Shown piece after piece: positions 1 to 10,128 of a stretch of DNA of 64,000 nucleotides (position 1 is the first letter of the stretch; the number at the start of each line of letters is the position of its first letter). Where the stretch lies: assembly GCA_965215195.1 (NCBI GenBank), contig CBDCDC010000002.1, positions 4,640,001 to 4,704,000 of the forward strand, given 5' to 3'. A program made the translations under genes and the position numbers. The notes under the pieces were generated by a model that was given only the letters and a program-made list of their open reading frames with translations, was not told the DNA's origin and ran no database searches. This DNA comes from Candidatus Latescibacterota bacterium (GTDB lineage: Bacteria; Latescibacterota; UBA2968; UBA8231).

Positions 1-1
1 C

Positions 2-223
2 GTCAACCCGGAAAACCGCCCAACCCATTCCCGCGAATTCTGCGTCTGGTGCAGCCAGCGCGACGCCGCGCAGATGATCGAAAAGTGCCTTGCCGCCCCC
101 CTCGACTTGCCCTTCGACACCTTCTTCGTCAACTCGGACAACAAATGGGGTTACCGCGACTTGCAACACGCTCGCCACGCGGTGGGCTTTGTGCCCGCGG
201 ACCGAGCCGAAGACTACCGCTGA
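2..223 (+). CDS. 3' end of NAD-dependent epimerase/uronate dehydrogenase-like protein (truncated by window)
   Basis: Frame 2 reads VNPENRP...WCSQRDAAQMIEKCL...FFVNSDNKWGYRDLQHARHAVGFVPADRAEDYR*, typical C-terminus of Udh-like extended SDRs. Confidence 0.7.
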   Translation, partial: VNPENRPTHSREFCVWCSQRDAAQMIEKCLAAPLDLPFDTFFVNSDNKWGYRDLQHARHAVGFVPADRAEDYR

Positions 224-234
224 GGAGAAAACCC

Positions 235-1050
235 ATGCTGCTTTTGTGCGCGATTTTGCTCGCCGCCTCGGCCGCGTGCGCGGACGTGAACATCAACGCC
301 CCCTTGTTGGAGGCGGCCCCGACCATTGACGGCGACCTCGCCGAGTGGAAGGACCGCGCCCACAACGACGGCGTCTGGGACATGCGCCGCATCAGCGAGG
401 CCAGCTTCTACCGCCTCGATCGCGGCGCCCGCAACCGCCTCACTGACCACGGCCACGAGCCGCCCCTCGAAGACGACTTGAGGGCCCGCTATTACATTGC
501 TTGGGACGCGCAAAATTTCTACTTCGGGGCCGAGGTGTGGGACAATGTCAACGACCTCGACGACCCGGAGCCGGCGGACAAGCGCTGGTATTTTAAGGAT
601 GCGATTTGCTGGTTTATGGAAGGCCCGCGCGACCGGGCCAACGAGCGCTTTGGCCAAGGCGACAATGCCTTCTGCTTTGTGGCCGACCCGCAGCGCACCC
701 CGCAAAACGCTTGGTGGAGGCACGGCGCACCCGGCCAGAGCTACGTGGAAGAGCCGATCCCCGAGGCCGCTTGCGACTACGTCGTGCGCCTAGATCCTTG
801 GGGCCGGAGCGCGGCCGATTTCATCTTGGAAGCTCGCGTCGAGATGGCGCCGACGTTTGGCCAGAGCGACCCCCGCTGGCAGCCGCCGCAAGTGGGGGAC
901 GAATACAGCATGGAAATCGTCCACACCGACCCGGATGGCGGCGCGTACGGCGGGCACTTCATGATCTACGGCAATGGCGATGACGACAACACGTGGGGGC
1001 GGATGATCTTGGTCGGTCCGCGGACGCCGATTGGGCGGCTCGCCGAGTAG
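235..1050 (+). CDS. Secreted CBM9/DOMON-like sugar-binding domain protein
   Basis: GAGGAG RBS then ATG 235; signal peptide; APTIDGDLAEW and AWDAQNFYFGAEVWD motifs typical of CBM9_1-like domains. Confidence 0.65.
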   Translation: MLLLCAILLAASAACADVNINAPLLEAAPTIDGDLAEWKDRAHNDGVWDMRRISEASFYRLDRGARNRLTDHGHEPPLEDDLRARYYIAWDAQNFYFGAEVWDNVNDLDDPEPADKRWYFKDAICWFMEGPRDRANERFGQGDNAFCFVADPQRTPQNAWWRHGAPGQSYVEEPIPEAACDYVVRLDPWGRSAADFILEARVEMAPTFGQSDPRWQPPQVGDEYSMEIVHTDPDGGAYGGHFMIYGNGDDDNTWGRMILVGPRTPIGRLAE

Positions 1051-1091
1051 GCCCAATAGATCGTTCACTACACCAGAGAAAGGAGGGTGCT

Positions 1092-1628
1092 ATGCTCAGC
1101 CCCAATCCAGCCGTCAAGTTCACCTACGAGGACTACCAGCACACCCCGGAGGACCAGCGCTACGAGTTATTGGATGGAGAGTTGATTATGGTTCCCGCGC
1201 CCAATCTAGGACATCAGAGAATTGGTATCCGGCTAGGAGCGTTACTCCACAGCTTCGTACAGAAGAGGGGGTTAGGCGAGGTCTTCCACGCGCCCTGCGA
1301 CGTGGTGCTGTCGAATACGGATGTGGTACAGCCGGACCTATTGTTCGTTTCCAATGCTCGAGCGCACCTGCTGCGCGGCGGCGCGAGTGTCCTCGGTGCA
1401 CCGGATTTGGTCGTCGAAATCCTGTCTCCCTCTACTGCCGGGCGGGATCGGACTCTCAAACGCGCCCTGTACGCCGAGCACGGCGTGCAGGAATACTGGT
1501 TGGTCGATCCAGACGCTCGGACGGTGACGGTGCTGCGGCTCGGAGAGGAGGCCATTTACGGCGAGGGGCAAACGATGACCTCGCCCATGCTTGCAGGTTT
1601 CGCCGTTGACTTAAACGAGATTTTCTAG
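1092..1628 (+). CDS. Uma2 family (DUF820) endonuclease-fold protein
   Basis: AGGAGG RBS; YELLDGEL, HQ, VQPDL, APDLVVEILSPST, YAEHGVQEYWLVDP motifs. Confidence 0.9.
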   Translation: MLSPNPAVKFTYEDYQHTPEDQRYELLDGELIMVPAPNLGHQRIGIRLGALLHSFVQKRGLGEVFHAPCDVVLSNTDVVQPDLLFVSNARAHLLRGGASVLGAPDLVVEILSPSTAGRDRTLKRALYAEHGVQEYWLVDPDARTVTVLRLGEEAIYGEGQTMTSPMLAGFAVDLNEIF

Positions 1629-2152
1629 TGTTTCTGTCCTTGGCAATCGCGGCCCTCATCGCCCTCGCCGGTTGCAAGTCCCATGTGGTCTCCGTGGACG
1701 TTGGTCGAGCGCCGGCGTTCACCGTACCTGCGGCGGATGGGACTTCTGTTTCCCTGGCCGACTTACTCGACGACCGCACGGCCGCGGTCCTGCTGTTTTA
1801 CAGAGGATTCTTCTGAGGTATCTGTAGGAACCAACTAGGTGAGTTGGCAGATATGTATCCCGAGTTTCTAAAGCGAAATGTGTCGCTTGCGGCGATCAGC
1901 ACGGATGACACCACCGACGCCCTGAAAATGGTAGAGCTCACCGGCGCTGAATTCGCCATTCTGTCAGACAAGGACGCCGAGGTAGCCAAGGGCTACGGAG
2001 TGTACAACCTGTTAGGTGACGGCCTCGCGACGCCGTCCGCCTTCATCGTCTCGCCCGAGGGCGACATCAAATGGCAATACGTAGGGAGAAACATCTCCGC
2101 CCGTCCGCCGCCCGATGCAATTTTGGCGCAAATCGATCGCTTGACAGAGTGA
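1628..2152 (+). CDS. Selenocysteine-containing AhpC/TSA (peroxiredoxin-like) lipoprotein; UGA at 1814-1816 read as Sec
   Basis: ORFs 1628-1816 and 1844-2152 are in one frame: LFYRGFF-U-GICRNQLGEL (UxxC at the CxxC position); lipobox LAGC; AP-F, AISTD, LSD, PSAFIV thioredoxin-fold motifs. Confidence 0.85.
1814..1853 (+). promoter_or_regulatory. Bacterial SECIS-like stem-loop
   Basis: Directly after UGA: TATCTG(1819-24)/CAGATA(1848-53) lower stem, CCAACT(1831-36)/AGTTGG(1842-47) upper stem, loop AGGTG. Confidence 0.75.
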
Positions 2153-2238
2153 ATCGCCCCGCCCGGTTCGCTTGCTCAACACGTCCAGCTCGAGCTGCTT
2201 TGCAAGGCGGTCCAGCGACCTCGGCGTCCGGCGTTTTT

Positions 2239-2262
2239 CGCGGGCGAGACGCCCTCGATCCC
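2239..2262. repeat. REP-like hairpin singlet
   Basis: CGCGGGCGAGACGCCCTCGATCCC resembles the GAGGGCGGGACGCCCTCGATCC unit inside the MITEs; lies between convergent genes. Confidence 0.55.
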
Positions 2263-2301
2263 AGCGGCTTGGAGTCAAGGCCGAGAGCGAAACCCTAGTT
2301 T

Positions 2302-4155
2302 TCAGACCGCTTCTAAACGATCTCTTGGCGTATTGAGCACAAAACCGGAGCGCTCGCTATCAGGGACGATGAATTCTTTTTTTGTCAATCGCTCAAAAGC
2401 GTCCATTACTTGGCGGACGTGGTCGGCGAATGTATCGGGGTCTTGCACAGCGCCGAGTTCGTGCCAAAGGGCTAAGATGATCTCTGGGGCCGCCATGGCC
2501 TTGCGGGATGCGAACTTTTCGCATCGCCACATCACATTAAGGCACCTCCGCGACAGGGAATCCAGACCGCTGAGGTCGCCAAATAGTGCTTCCAGTTCTG
2601 TGCGGTAATCCATTTGCATTAGTACGCGATCGGCGACGAAAATGGGCTGCGTCGGTGTGCTGCGCTCGTGTTGGTAGATTAGGCCGGCGCGTTCTAGCAC
2701 TATGAGCTGTTCAAAGTGATTGTTGTCTGGCGTCAGCAGAATGGTGTAGTGATGTTTTTCATTCGCCCATTCCGTCTTCATCAGGTAGGAGAGTACGCGC
2801 GTTTGTTGGGCAGAGAGCGGCCCAGCGAGTTTGCCGGCAATATAGGCGTCAAACGAAGCAAGCCGCGCTTTCATGCGCTTGTCGACTAAAGGACCGGCGT
2901 TGAGAAAGAGGGTTACTTCTTCGCTGTAAATGCGATAGGTCGGCAGGCCGAGCTGATTTTCCAAGCACAGGTTTACCAACGTGGCCATGCCAATGCCCCG
3001 GCCTTCCCATTTCCGATACACCCGCAGCACATCCGCTAGCTTGGGGTTGCGCGCTCGGGCCTCGGGGATGATGCGGCGCAGTGGAATGGCATCTCTTGGA
3101 TGCTCAATGAGCAAGTGCGGGCGGAACGATCCCGGATTGCGAATGGAAATGTGTTGCCCCGGCTTGATGGAAATGATGACTTGCTTGTTGATGGAATAAT
3201 CGCGGTGGGCGAGGGCATTGTTTACTGTTTCGCGCAGCACTTCCTCGGGATATTGCGGCACGGCCGTGCCGCCCTCGGCAATGGAAATGCCGATCTGAAT
3301 GTTGCGCAGGATGTAGGCGAGGCTTTGCTCCATCAGCGGCAGGATGTTGTCGATTAGGTCCTGCTTATCTTGGGCGACTTCTTGCGGCGCATCTACATAG
3401 CCGTGGACGTGGCAGCGGAAGCCGAGTTGGTCGCCTATGTGCTGCCCGCATACTAACATGCCGAGGGTGGTGACGGTTGCGTCCTTGATAAACAGTTTGC
3501 GGGCGAGAAATCCGCGTGCAGCTTCCAGATCCGCCTTGATGGTTTCCACTTTGCCAAGACTGTTGAGCTGTTGGATGTAGCCATTGAGCGCGTCGAGGTT
3601 GAGGTCGGCGAGGGTCGCGCCCGGCACGGGCTGTACTTCGCGGGCGTCCCGCACCTGCTCCTTGTAGTCTTCTTGGCGAGCGATCTCTGCTTCGGTGAGC
3701 TTGTGGTCGCCGGTCAAGACGCGCTTCCACGCCTGTCCATTGTAAAAGACGAACTTGCGGTCGGCGGGTAGTTCATCTACGTAGAGCACGGCCACGCGAC
3801 CATTTTGAAAGTGGCGGATTTGCGGCGGTGGGAAGGCTGCACTCAGGTTGAGCGGCGTTCCGTTTTGGTCCGTAAAGAGGCGGGGGAATTCCTTTAGCTG
3901 TGCCTCGGCGTCCTCTCGGTAGCCGGTGAAGACCCAGTGGCGCTGCGGGCCTTGGCCTTCTTCCTTGAAGCCGAAGAGGAGGAGGCCGCCGCGGGTGTTG
4001 AGAAAGGCGTTGGCAGACTTGTGGCTTTCGCGCCAAGAAGAGGTAGCGGACGGAGTGGGTTTGATCTCCAAGCCATCGTCCTCCACGTCCTCAAAGCGTC
4101 CTGCCGCGATGAGGGCCGCTAGCTTCTTCAGGACCTTGTCTATTCTATCGGGCAT
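2302..4155 (-). CDS. AlbA_2 (Schlafen-like) + HATPase_c_4 (RecG C-terminal-like) ATP-binding protein
   Basis: ANAFLNTRGGLLLFG, LRETVNNALAHRDY, NPG, RNPKLA, EGRGIGM motifs; probable start MPDRIDK at 4155. Confidence 0.8.
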   Translation of the reverse strand: MPDRIDKVLKKLAALIAAGRFEDVEDDGLEIKPTPSATSSWRESHKSANAFLNTRGGLLLFGFKEEGQGPQRHWVFTGYREDAEAQLKEFPRLFTDQNGTPLNLSAAFPPPQIRHFQNGRVAVLYVDELPADRKFVFYNGQAWKRVLTGDHKLTEAEIARQEDYKEQVRDAREVQPVPGATLADLNLDALNGYIQQLNSLGKVETIKADLEAARGFLARKLFIKDATVTTLGMLVCGQHIGDQLGFRCHVHGYVDAPQEVAQDKQDLIDNILPLMEQSLAYILRNIQIGISIAEGGTAVPQYPEEVLRETVNNALAHRDYSINKQVIISIKPGQHISIRNPGSFRPHLLIEHPRDAIPLRRIIPEARARNPKLADVLRVYRKWEGRGIGMATLVNLCLENQLGLPTYRIYSEEVTLFLNAGPLVDKRMKARLASFDAYIAGKLAGPLSAQQTRVLSYLMKTEWANEKHHYTILLTPDNNHFEQLIVLERAGLIYQHERSTPTQPIFVADRVLMQMDYRTELEALFGDLSGLDSLSRRCLNVMWRCEKFASRKAMAAPEIILALWHELGAVQDPDTFADHVRQVMDAFERLTKKEFIVPDSERSGFVLNTPRDRLEAV

Positions 4156-4358
4156 TTTTGCAAGTTGCGGCAATGGATAGTGGGTGGCGCTGCGGCACAG
4201 GGCTGCAGCGGGCCTGTAAAGATAACGGGATGTTGAAGAATAATCGAATTTTACCCTCTTCGGGCAGAATGTCGCGCCCGCAACGCCATCCTCGACAGAC
4301 CGCCCCCGCAAAGCGATATTAAACGCGGCACATCTTCTTTTTAATAAGGAGCAATACA

Positions 4359-5957
4359 ATGAGTAGGGTAGATCAGATCGGCTGGCACGCCGAGAGCAAA
4401 ACCGGCGTCATTGCGGCCGGTGGGGCCGGGGCCGTAGCCGCCGGCATTGAAATTCTCGGCGCGGGCGGCAATGCAGCCGATGCCGCAGCCGGCGCGATTC
4501 TCGCGCTCAACGTCACCGATCACGGAGCCTGTTCCATCGGCGGGGAAGTGCCGGTGCTCATCTGGGACGGAAACGCGGTCAAGTCGCTGTCCGGTCAGGG
4601 ACGTGCGCCCCTGTCGCCGGCGGCCATTGCTTGGTACATGGAACACGGCATCCCAGACCACGACATCAAGATGGCCCCGGTGCCTTCAGTCGTGGATTTG
4701 TGCATTACCCTGTTGCAGCACTACGGTACGCAGAGTTTTGCCGCGATTGTCGCGCCGACCTTGGCCCTGCTCGACGAAGGCGAGGAGGCGTGGCACCCCG
4801 ACTTGGCGCGGACGCTGCGGCGCATGGTGGAGGAGGAGCATTGCGCCGCTGGCAATCGCCGAGAGAAGCTGCAAGCAGCCGGCGATCACTTCTATGGCCG
4901 TCGCGCCGAGCACGGCGATATAGCCGAGGATCTGGAGGCGTTTTACGTGGAGCAGGGCGGGTTCTTGCGCCGCGCGGATCTGGCCGCCCACAGGACCTTG
5001 ATCGAAGAGCCGGTGGCCGTCGATTACCGAGGCTACCAAGTGTACAAGTGCGGCCCGTGGACCCAAGGCCCGTATCTGTGCCAAGCCCTGCGCCTGCTCG
5101 AAGGGTTTGATCTCAAAGGCATGGGGCATTGCTCGGCCGACTACGTCCACGCGGTCGTCGAAGCCATCAAGCTGGCCATGGCCGACCGCGACGCGCACTA
5201 CGGCGACCCCCTGTTCGTGGATGTGCCCATGAACGCCTTGCTGTCCGACGACTACACCCAACTCCGGCGGCCCCTGATCGACATGGGCCAAGCCGCGCTG
5301 GACGCCCGCCCCGGCGACCCGCTCGGCATGAGGGCGGTGCAGGAGGGGGGCGCGTTCCGGCCCGGAGTCGGCGGCACCACCACGTGCGTGGTGGCCGACC
5401 GCTGGGGCATGGTCGTATCGGCCACGCCGAGCGCGAATGTCTATCGCGCTGGCGGCAGCGGCAGCACGGGCGTCTCCTACGGCAACCGCCTGCGCAGCCT
5501 CAACACGACCCCCGGACACCCCAACTGCATCGCCCCGGGCAAGCGGCCCCGCATCACCCTGACCCCCACGCTGGTGCTCAAAGACGGCGCTCCCGTGTTA
5601 GCTATCAGCGTGGCTGGCGGCGATCTGCAAGACCAAGCCACCTTGAACCTGTTGCTCGACTTTGTGGAATTTGGGATGCGACCAGCCGAAGCGGTCGTGG
5701 TGCCGCGCTTTGCCACGGACCACCACGAGGACTCGTTTGACCCCAACCCAGTGCGCGAGCAGACATTCATCGAGGCCGGCTCGCTGGCTATCAGCGCGGC
5801 TGTTGATGGGCAAGTGCGGGGCGAACTGGCGCGGCGCGGCCACCAAGTTGAGGCCCGCAACGGCCCCATCGCCACCCCGGTCATGCTGTGGGCCGACGCG
5901 GGCACGTACTACGCGGCCGGCGATCCGGCTGCGGGCCGCCACGCGGCCGGGCTGTGA
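4359..5957 (+). CDS. ggt: Gamma-glutamyltransferase family protein
   Basis: GGNAADAA, PVPS, AIKLAMADRDAHYGDP, GTT nucleophile, PGKRP, GGDLQ motifs; AAGGAG RBS. Confidence 0.88.
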   Translation: MSRVDQIGWHAESKTGVIAAGGAGAVAAGIEILGAGGNAADAAAGAILALNVTDHGACSIGGEVPVLIWDGNAVKSLSGQGRAPLSPAAIAWYMEHGIPDHDIKMAPVPSVVDLCITLLQHYGTQSFAAIVAPTLALLDEGEEAWHPDLARTLRRMVEEEHCAAGNRREKLQAAGDHFYGRRAEHGDIAEDLEAFYVEQGGFLRRADLAAHRTLIEEPVAVDYRGYQVYKCGPWTQGPYLCQALRLLEGFDLKGMGHCSADYVHAVVEAIKLAMADRDAHYGDPLFVDVPMNALLSDDYTQLRRPLIDMGQAALDARPGDPLGMRAVQEGGAFRPGVGGTTTCVVADRWGMVVSATPSANVYRAGGSGSTGVSYGNRLRSLNTTPGHPNCIAPGKRPRITLTPTLVLKDGAPVLAISVAGGDLQDQATLNLLLDFVEFGMRPAEAVVVPRFATDHHEDSFDPNPVREQTFIEAGSLAISAAVDGQVRGELARRGHQVEARNGPIATPVMLWADAGTYYAAGDPAAGRHAAGL

Positions 5958-6120
5958 GCCACGGGTTAGTGGCCAGTCCCCGCACATAACTTAGGGGCGC
6001 AAACGGACCACTAACCACTCAATAGACGGGGACTAGCGCGGCAGGATTGCGGCTGCGGTGTCTTGAAACCATATTGTCCGCTTTGAATCCCGCTAGAATC
6101 GCCTCTGAAGCTGGCTTTTG

Positions 6121-8118
6121 ATGACGTCGCCGACTGCGGCCCCTACATACCGAGAAACGCACGCTCGCCAAGGTGCGGCCAGCGGGCTCACGCTCCGCTC
6201 CTTGGTGCTCGGCGTCATCCAAGTCCTCGTGGTGTGCTTGGGCGCGCCCTACGCCATTTGGGTCTTGGGGTCGTCCGAAATCACGTGGTCGTTCTTTCCG
6301 ATTGCCGTCGGCTTCTCGTTTTGCTGCCTCATCCTGCTCAACATCTTGCTCAAGACGATCAACCCCGGCTGGGCCTTGCGGCCGGCCGAGATGATCACAG
6401 TCGTGGTCATGGGCTTGGTGACGACCGGCATTCCCATCTTTATGATGGGCTACGTGCTGTCGATCCCCACCACGCCCTATTACTTTGCCTCGGCTGAAAA
6501 CCAGTGGGGCACGTACGTGTTGCCCTACCTGCCGACGTGGCTGTTGCCGAGCAACGAGGGCTTGGCCATGACGTGGTTTTTCGAGGGGCTGCCGCTCGGG
6601 GAGCCCATGCCTTGGGGCACCCTGCTCGATGCGTGGGCCATGCCGCTGTTTTGGTGGCTGAGCTTTATCTGGACCTTGTACGCGGTCTGTTTTTGCCTCG
6701 TCGTCGTATTGCGCAAGCAGTGGGTTGAGCGCGAGCGGCTGGCCTATCCCCTGATGGAGGTGCCGCAAGCTCTCGTGGCGGATGCCGATGGCCCTGCGCG
6801 CGTACCGGCCGTCTTGCGCAACAAGGTCTTTTGGCTGGGGGCGGCCCTCCCCTTGTGCATCGTCTTGTGGAACATCGTCGGCTTTTTCTTTCACTTCTTC
6901 CCCAAGATCGAATGGCATCATCCCATCCAAATCGCGCACGGCTTTCCGACCATTAACATCCGCTTGTACTTCCCGGTCGTGGGCTTCATGTACTTCGCCA
7001 ACCTCAACGTCACCTTCAGCATCTGGTTTTTCTTTTTACTACTGCTGCTCGAAGAGGGCCTGTTTAACCGCTTTGGCATTGGCGTTACCGAGGCCGACAA
7101 CTTTGTGTGGGGCTTGCCGTCGACGTCTTGGCAGTGCTGGGGGGCGTTTGTGGTGCTGGTGCTGTGGGGGTTGTGGATGGCGCGCGATCACCTAAAAGAC
7201 GTGGTGCGCAAAGCCTATAACCCGGCTCATCCGGTTGACGACAGCCGCGAGCTCATGTCCTACCGCAGCGCGGTCATCGGCCTCTTGGTCGGGGTCGTCT
7301 ATATGCTAACTTGGCTCAACAAGGCCGGCATGGAATGGCCGGTGGCGGCGTTTTTTTTGGGCGGTGTGCTCATCGCCTACTTGGGCATCACCCGCTTGGT
7401 GGTGCAGGCCGGCGTCTTTTACCTGACGACGCCCGTGGTCAGCCAAGCCATGACCATGATGACCTTTGGCACGAGTGCGATTTCGCCGACGGGCTTGGCG
7501 GCCTTGGGGATGAGCTATGGGTTCTTCAGCGATGTGCAGTCGATTTTCATGCCGTCGGCCGCCCATGCCACCCGGCTGCACGACGCCATGCGCATGAGCC
7601 GCCGCGGCCTGTGCTTGGCCATTGCGCTGGCCCTGTTGGTCGGCTTTGTCGCCGCCATTGCGTACGTCATTGCCATGGCCTATGAGCAGGGGGCCTCCAA
7701 CTTCAACTCTTGGTTTTTCCGCGTTTCCTCGGGCGCGGGGGTGCGCTCCTTTGACGACGCGATGAGCAAGATAAAAACCCCGGCCGATTTCCACGCGCAA
7801 AAGCTCAGCTTCTTCGGCGCGGGCGCGGGCGCCATGGCGGTTTTGACGTTTATGCAGTATCGCTTCCCGTGGTGGCCCCTACACCCGGTGGGCTTGGCCA
7901 TCTCCGCGATCTGGATGGTGCGCAACCAAGCCCCGGCCATCTTTGTGGCGTGGGCGGCCAAGAGCCTGATCATGCGCTTTGGCGGCATTGAGCTATACCG
8001 CAAGGCCGCGCCCTTCTTCATCGGCCTGATCCTCGGGCACTTCTTCGGGGTGGGGATCTCGTTTATCGTCGATATGATTTTCTTTCCCGGCAACGGCCAC
8101 CCCATCCTGCACGGCTGA
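6121..8118 (+). CDS. Polytopic membrane protein, DUF6785/DUF6784 family (putative transporter), copy 1
   Basis: Many TM helices; LRKQWVERERLAYPL, RFPWWPLHPVG, RFGG..LYRKAAPFFIGLILG family motifs. Confidence 0.8.
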   Translation: MTSPTAAPTYRETHARQGAASGLTLRSLVLGVIQVLVVCLGAPYAIWVLGSSEITWSFFPIAVGFSFCCLILLNILLKTINPGWALRPAEMITVVVMGLVTTGIPIFMMGYVLSIPTTPYYFASAENQWGTYVLPYLPTWLLPSNEGLAMTWFFEGLPLGEPMPWGTLLDAWAMPLFWWLSFIWTLYAVCFCLVVVLRKQWVERERLAYPLMEVPQALVADADGPARVPAVLRNKVFWLGAALPLCIVLWNIVGFFFHFFPKIEWHHPIQIAHGFPTINIRLYFPVVGFMYFANLNVTFSIWFFFLLLLLEEGLFNRFGIGVTEADNFVWGLPSTSWQCWGAFVVLVLWGLWMARDHLKDVVRKAYNPAHPVDDSRELMSYRSAVIGLLVGVVYMLTWLNKAGMEWPVAAFFLGGVLIAYLGITRLVVQAGVFYLTTPVVSQAMTMMTFGTSAISPTGLAALGMSYGFFSDVQSIFMPSAAHATRLHDAMRMSRRGLCLAIALALLVGFVAAIAYVIAMAYEQGASNFNSWFFRVSSGAGVRSFDDAMSKIKTPADFHAQKLSFFGAGAGAMAVLTFMQYRFPWWPLHPVGLAISAIWMVRNQAPAIFVAWAAKSLIMRFGGIELYRKAAPFFIGLILGHFFGVGISFIVDMIFFPGNGHPILHG

Positions 8119-8125
8119 GGCCGCG

Positions 8126-10093
8126 TTGTCAACCCATCCCGCACAGCAAGAGGGCACAGGCGTCACCGTGCGCTCCTTGGTCGTGGGCTGCGGAGTGGTG
8201 GCGTTGATCAGCTTGGGGGCACCGCACTCGATCTGGACGTTTGGCTCGTCCGAGATGACGTGGTCGTTCTTTCCGCTCGGGGTGGGGTTTCTCTTTGTCG
8301 GCCTCATCTTCGCCAACGCCCTGCTCAAGACCTTCAACCCCAACTGGGCCCTGCGCCCGGCCGAGATGATCACCGCTGTCGTCATGGGTTTGGTCTGCAC
8401 TGGCATCCCGGTTTTCCTCATCGGCTACTTCCTAGCCATACCGACTACGCCTTATTACTTTGCGTCGGCCGAGAACCAATGGGGCACCTACGTACTGCCC
8501 TACCTGCCCGCTTGGCTGTTGCCGAGCAACGACGGCTTGGCCATGACGTGGTTTTTCGAGGGCCTACCCATCGGCGAACCTACCCCTTGGCACACCTTGC
8601 TAGCCGCTTGGGCTATGCCGCTGTTTTGGTGGCTGAGCTTTATATGGACTTTGTACCTAGTCTGCTTCTGCGTGGTGGTCATCCTGCGCAAGCAGTGGGT
8701 CGAGCGCGAGCGGCTGGCCTATCCCTTGATGGAAGTGCCGCAAGCCCTCGTCGCCAACGCCGACCGCTCCCGCAGGCTGCCAGCGGTCATGTACAGCAAA
8801 GTCTTCTGGGCGGGAGCGGCCATTCCGCTTTGCATTGTCTTGTGGAACATCGTCGGCTTTTTCTTACACTTCTTTCCCAAAATTGAGTGGCATCACCCCA
8901 TTCAGGTTGCGCCCGGTTTTCCGACCATTAACATCCGCTTCTACTTTCCAGTCATCGGCTTCATGTACTTCGCCAATCTCAACGTCACCTTCAGCATTTG
9001 GTTCTTCTTTTTGCTGATGCTGATCGAGGAGGGTTTGTTCAACCGCTTTGGCCTCGGCGTCACCGAGGCGGATAAGTTCGTTTGGGGGCTGCCGTCGACG
9101 TCTTGGCAGTGTTGGGGGGCGTTTGTGGTGCTGGTGCTGTGGGGGCTGTGGATGGCGCGCGACCACCTCAAGGACGTGGTCCGCAAGGCGTGGAATCCAG
9201 CCTACCCGATTGACGATCGCCGCGAGTTGATGTCCTATCGCGCCGCCGTGCTGGGCCTCTTGCTGGGCACCTTCTACATGCTAACTTGGCTGCACAAGGC
9301 CGGCATGGAATGGTCGGTGGCCGTGCTCTTTTTGGCCGGCGTCCTCATCGCCTATTTGGGTATTACGCGCCTAGTGGTCCAGACCGGCGCGTTCTACCTG
9401 ACCACGCCCGTCGTCAGTCAGGCGATGACCATGATGACGCTGGGCACCAGTGCCATTTCGCCGACCGGGTTGGCGGCCTTGGGGTTGACCTATTCCTTTT
9501 TCGGCGACGTGCAGTCCATCTTCATGCCCTCGGCCGCGCACGCCGCCAAGCTGCACAACAGCCTGCACATTGCCCGCCGCGGCTTTGTCTTGGCCATCGC
9601 CTTGGCCGTGGTCCTGTCCTTCGCCGTTTCCCTGACCAACCTCATCGCCATGGCCTACGAGCAGGGGGCTTCCAACTTCAACTCCTGGATCTTCCGCGTC
9701 TCCTCGGGCGCGGGCGTGATGGCCTTTGGCGATGTCGTCGCCAAGATCAAGGCCCCGGCCGATTTCCACGCGCAAAAGCTCAGCTTCTTCGGCATTGGCG
9801 CGGCCGCCATGGCGGTTTTGACCTTTATGCAGTACCGCTTCCCGTGGTGGCCCCTGCACCCGGTGGGCTTGGCTATCTCCGCGATCTGGATGGTGAGGAA
9901 CCAAGCCGCGGCCATTTTTGTGGCGTGGGCGGCCAAGAGCCTGATCATGCGCTTTGGCGGCATCGAACTGTATCGCAAGGCCGCGCCCTTCTTCATCGGC
10001 CTCATCGCCGGCTACTTCCTCGGCGTTGGCCTCTCCTTCCTCGTCGATGTGGCGTTCTTCCCCGGCAACGGGCATCCGATTCTGCACGGCTGA
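8126..10093 (+). CDS. Polytopic membrane protein, DUF6785/DUF6784 family, copy 2
   Basis: Closely similar paralogue of 6121-8118 with long identical stretches. Confidence 0.8.
   Translation: MSTHPAQQEGTGVTVRSLVVGCGVVALISLGAPHSIWTFGSSEMTWSFFPLGVGFLFVGLIFANALLKTFNPNWALRPAEMITAVVMGLVCTGIPVFLIGYFLAIPTTPYYFASAENQWGTYVLPYLPAWLLPSNDGLAMTWFFEGLPIGEPTPWHTLLAAWAMPLFWWLSFIWTLYLVCFCVVVILRKQWVERERLAYPLMEVPQALVANADRSRRLPAVMYSKVFWAGAAIPLCIVLWNIVGFFLHFFPKIEWHHPIQVAPGFPTINIRFYFPVIGFMYFANLNVTFSIWFFFLLMLIEEGLFNRFGLGVTEADKFVWGLPSTSWQCWGAFVVLVLWGLWMARDHLKDVVRKAWNPAYPIDDRRELMSYRAAVLGLLLGTFYMLTWLHKAGMEWSVAVLFLAGVLIAYLGITRLVVQTGAFYLTTPVVSQAMTMMTLGTSAISPTGLAALGLTYSFFGDVQSIFMPSAAHAAKLHNSLHIARRGFVLAIALAVVLSFAVSLTNLIAMAYEQGASNFNSWIFRVSSGAGVMAFGDVVAKIKAPADFHAQKLSFFGIGAAAMAVLTFMQYRFPWWPLHPVGLAISAIWMVRNQAAAIFVAWAAKSLIMRFGGIELYRKAAPFFIGLIAGYFLGVGLSFLVDVAFFPGNGHPILHG
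9982..10022 (+). repeat. Direct repeat 1a (DUF6785 3' region; partner 14391-14431)
   Basis: CGCGCCCTTCTTCATCGGCCTCATCGCCGGCTACTTCCTCG; 39/41 match to partner. Confidence 0.85.
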
Positions 10094-10128
10094 GGATTTT
10101 GGCTTTAATGGGTTGATTTTTTAGATTC
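10077..10128 (+). repeat. Direct repeat 2a (DUF6785 stop plus downstream; partner 13861-13912)
   Basis: CGATTCTGCACGGCTGAGGATTTTGG...TTC; 49/52 match to partner. Confidence 0.9.

Noticed and set aside
4447-9900. Long alternative-frame and antisense ORFs over real genes
   Set aside because: Shadow ORFs expected in high-GC coding DNA; no motifs
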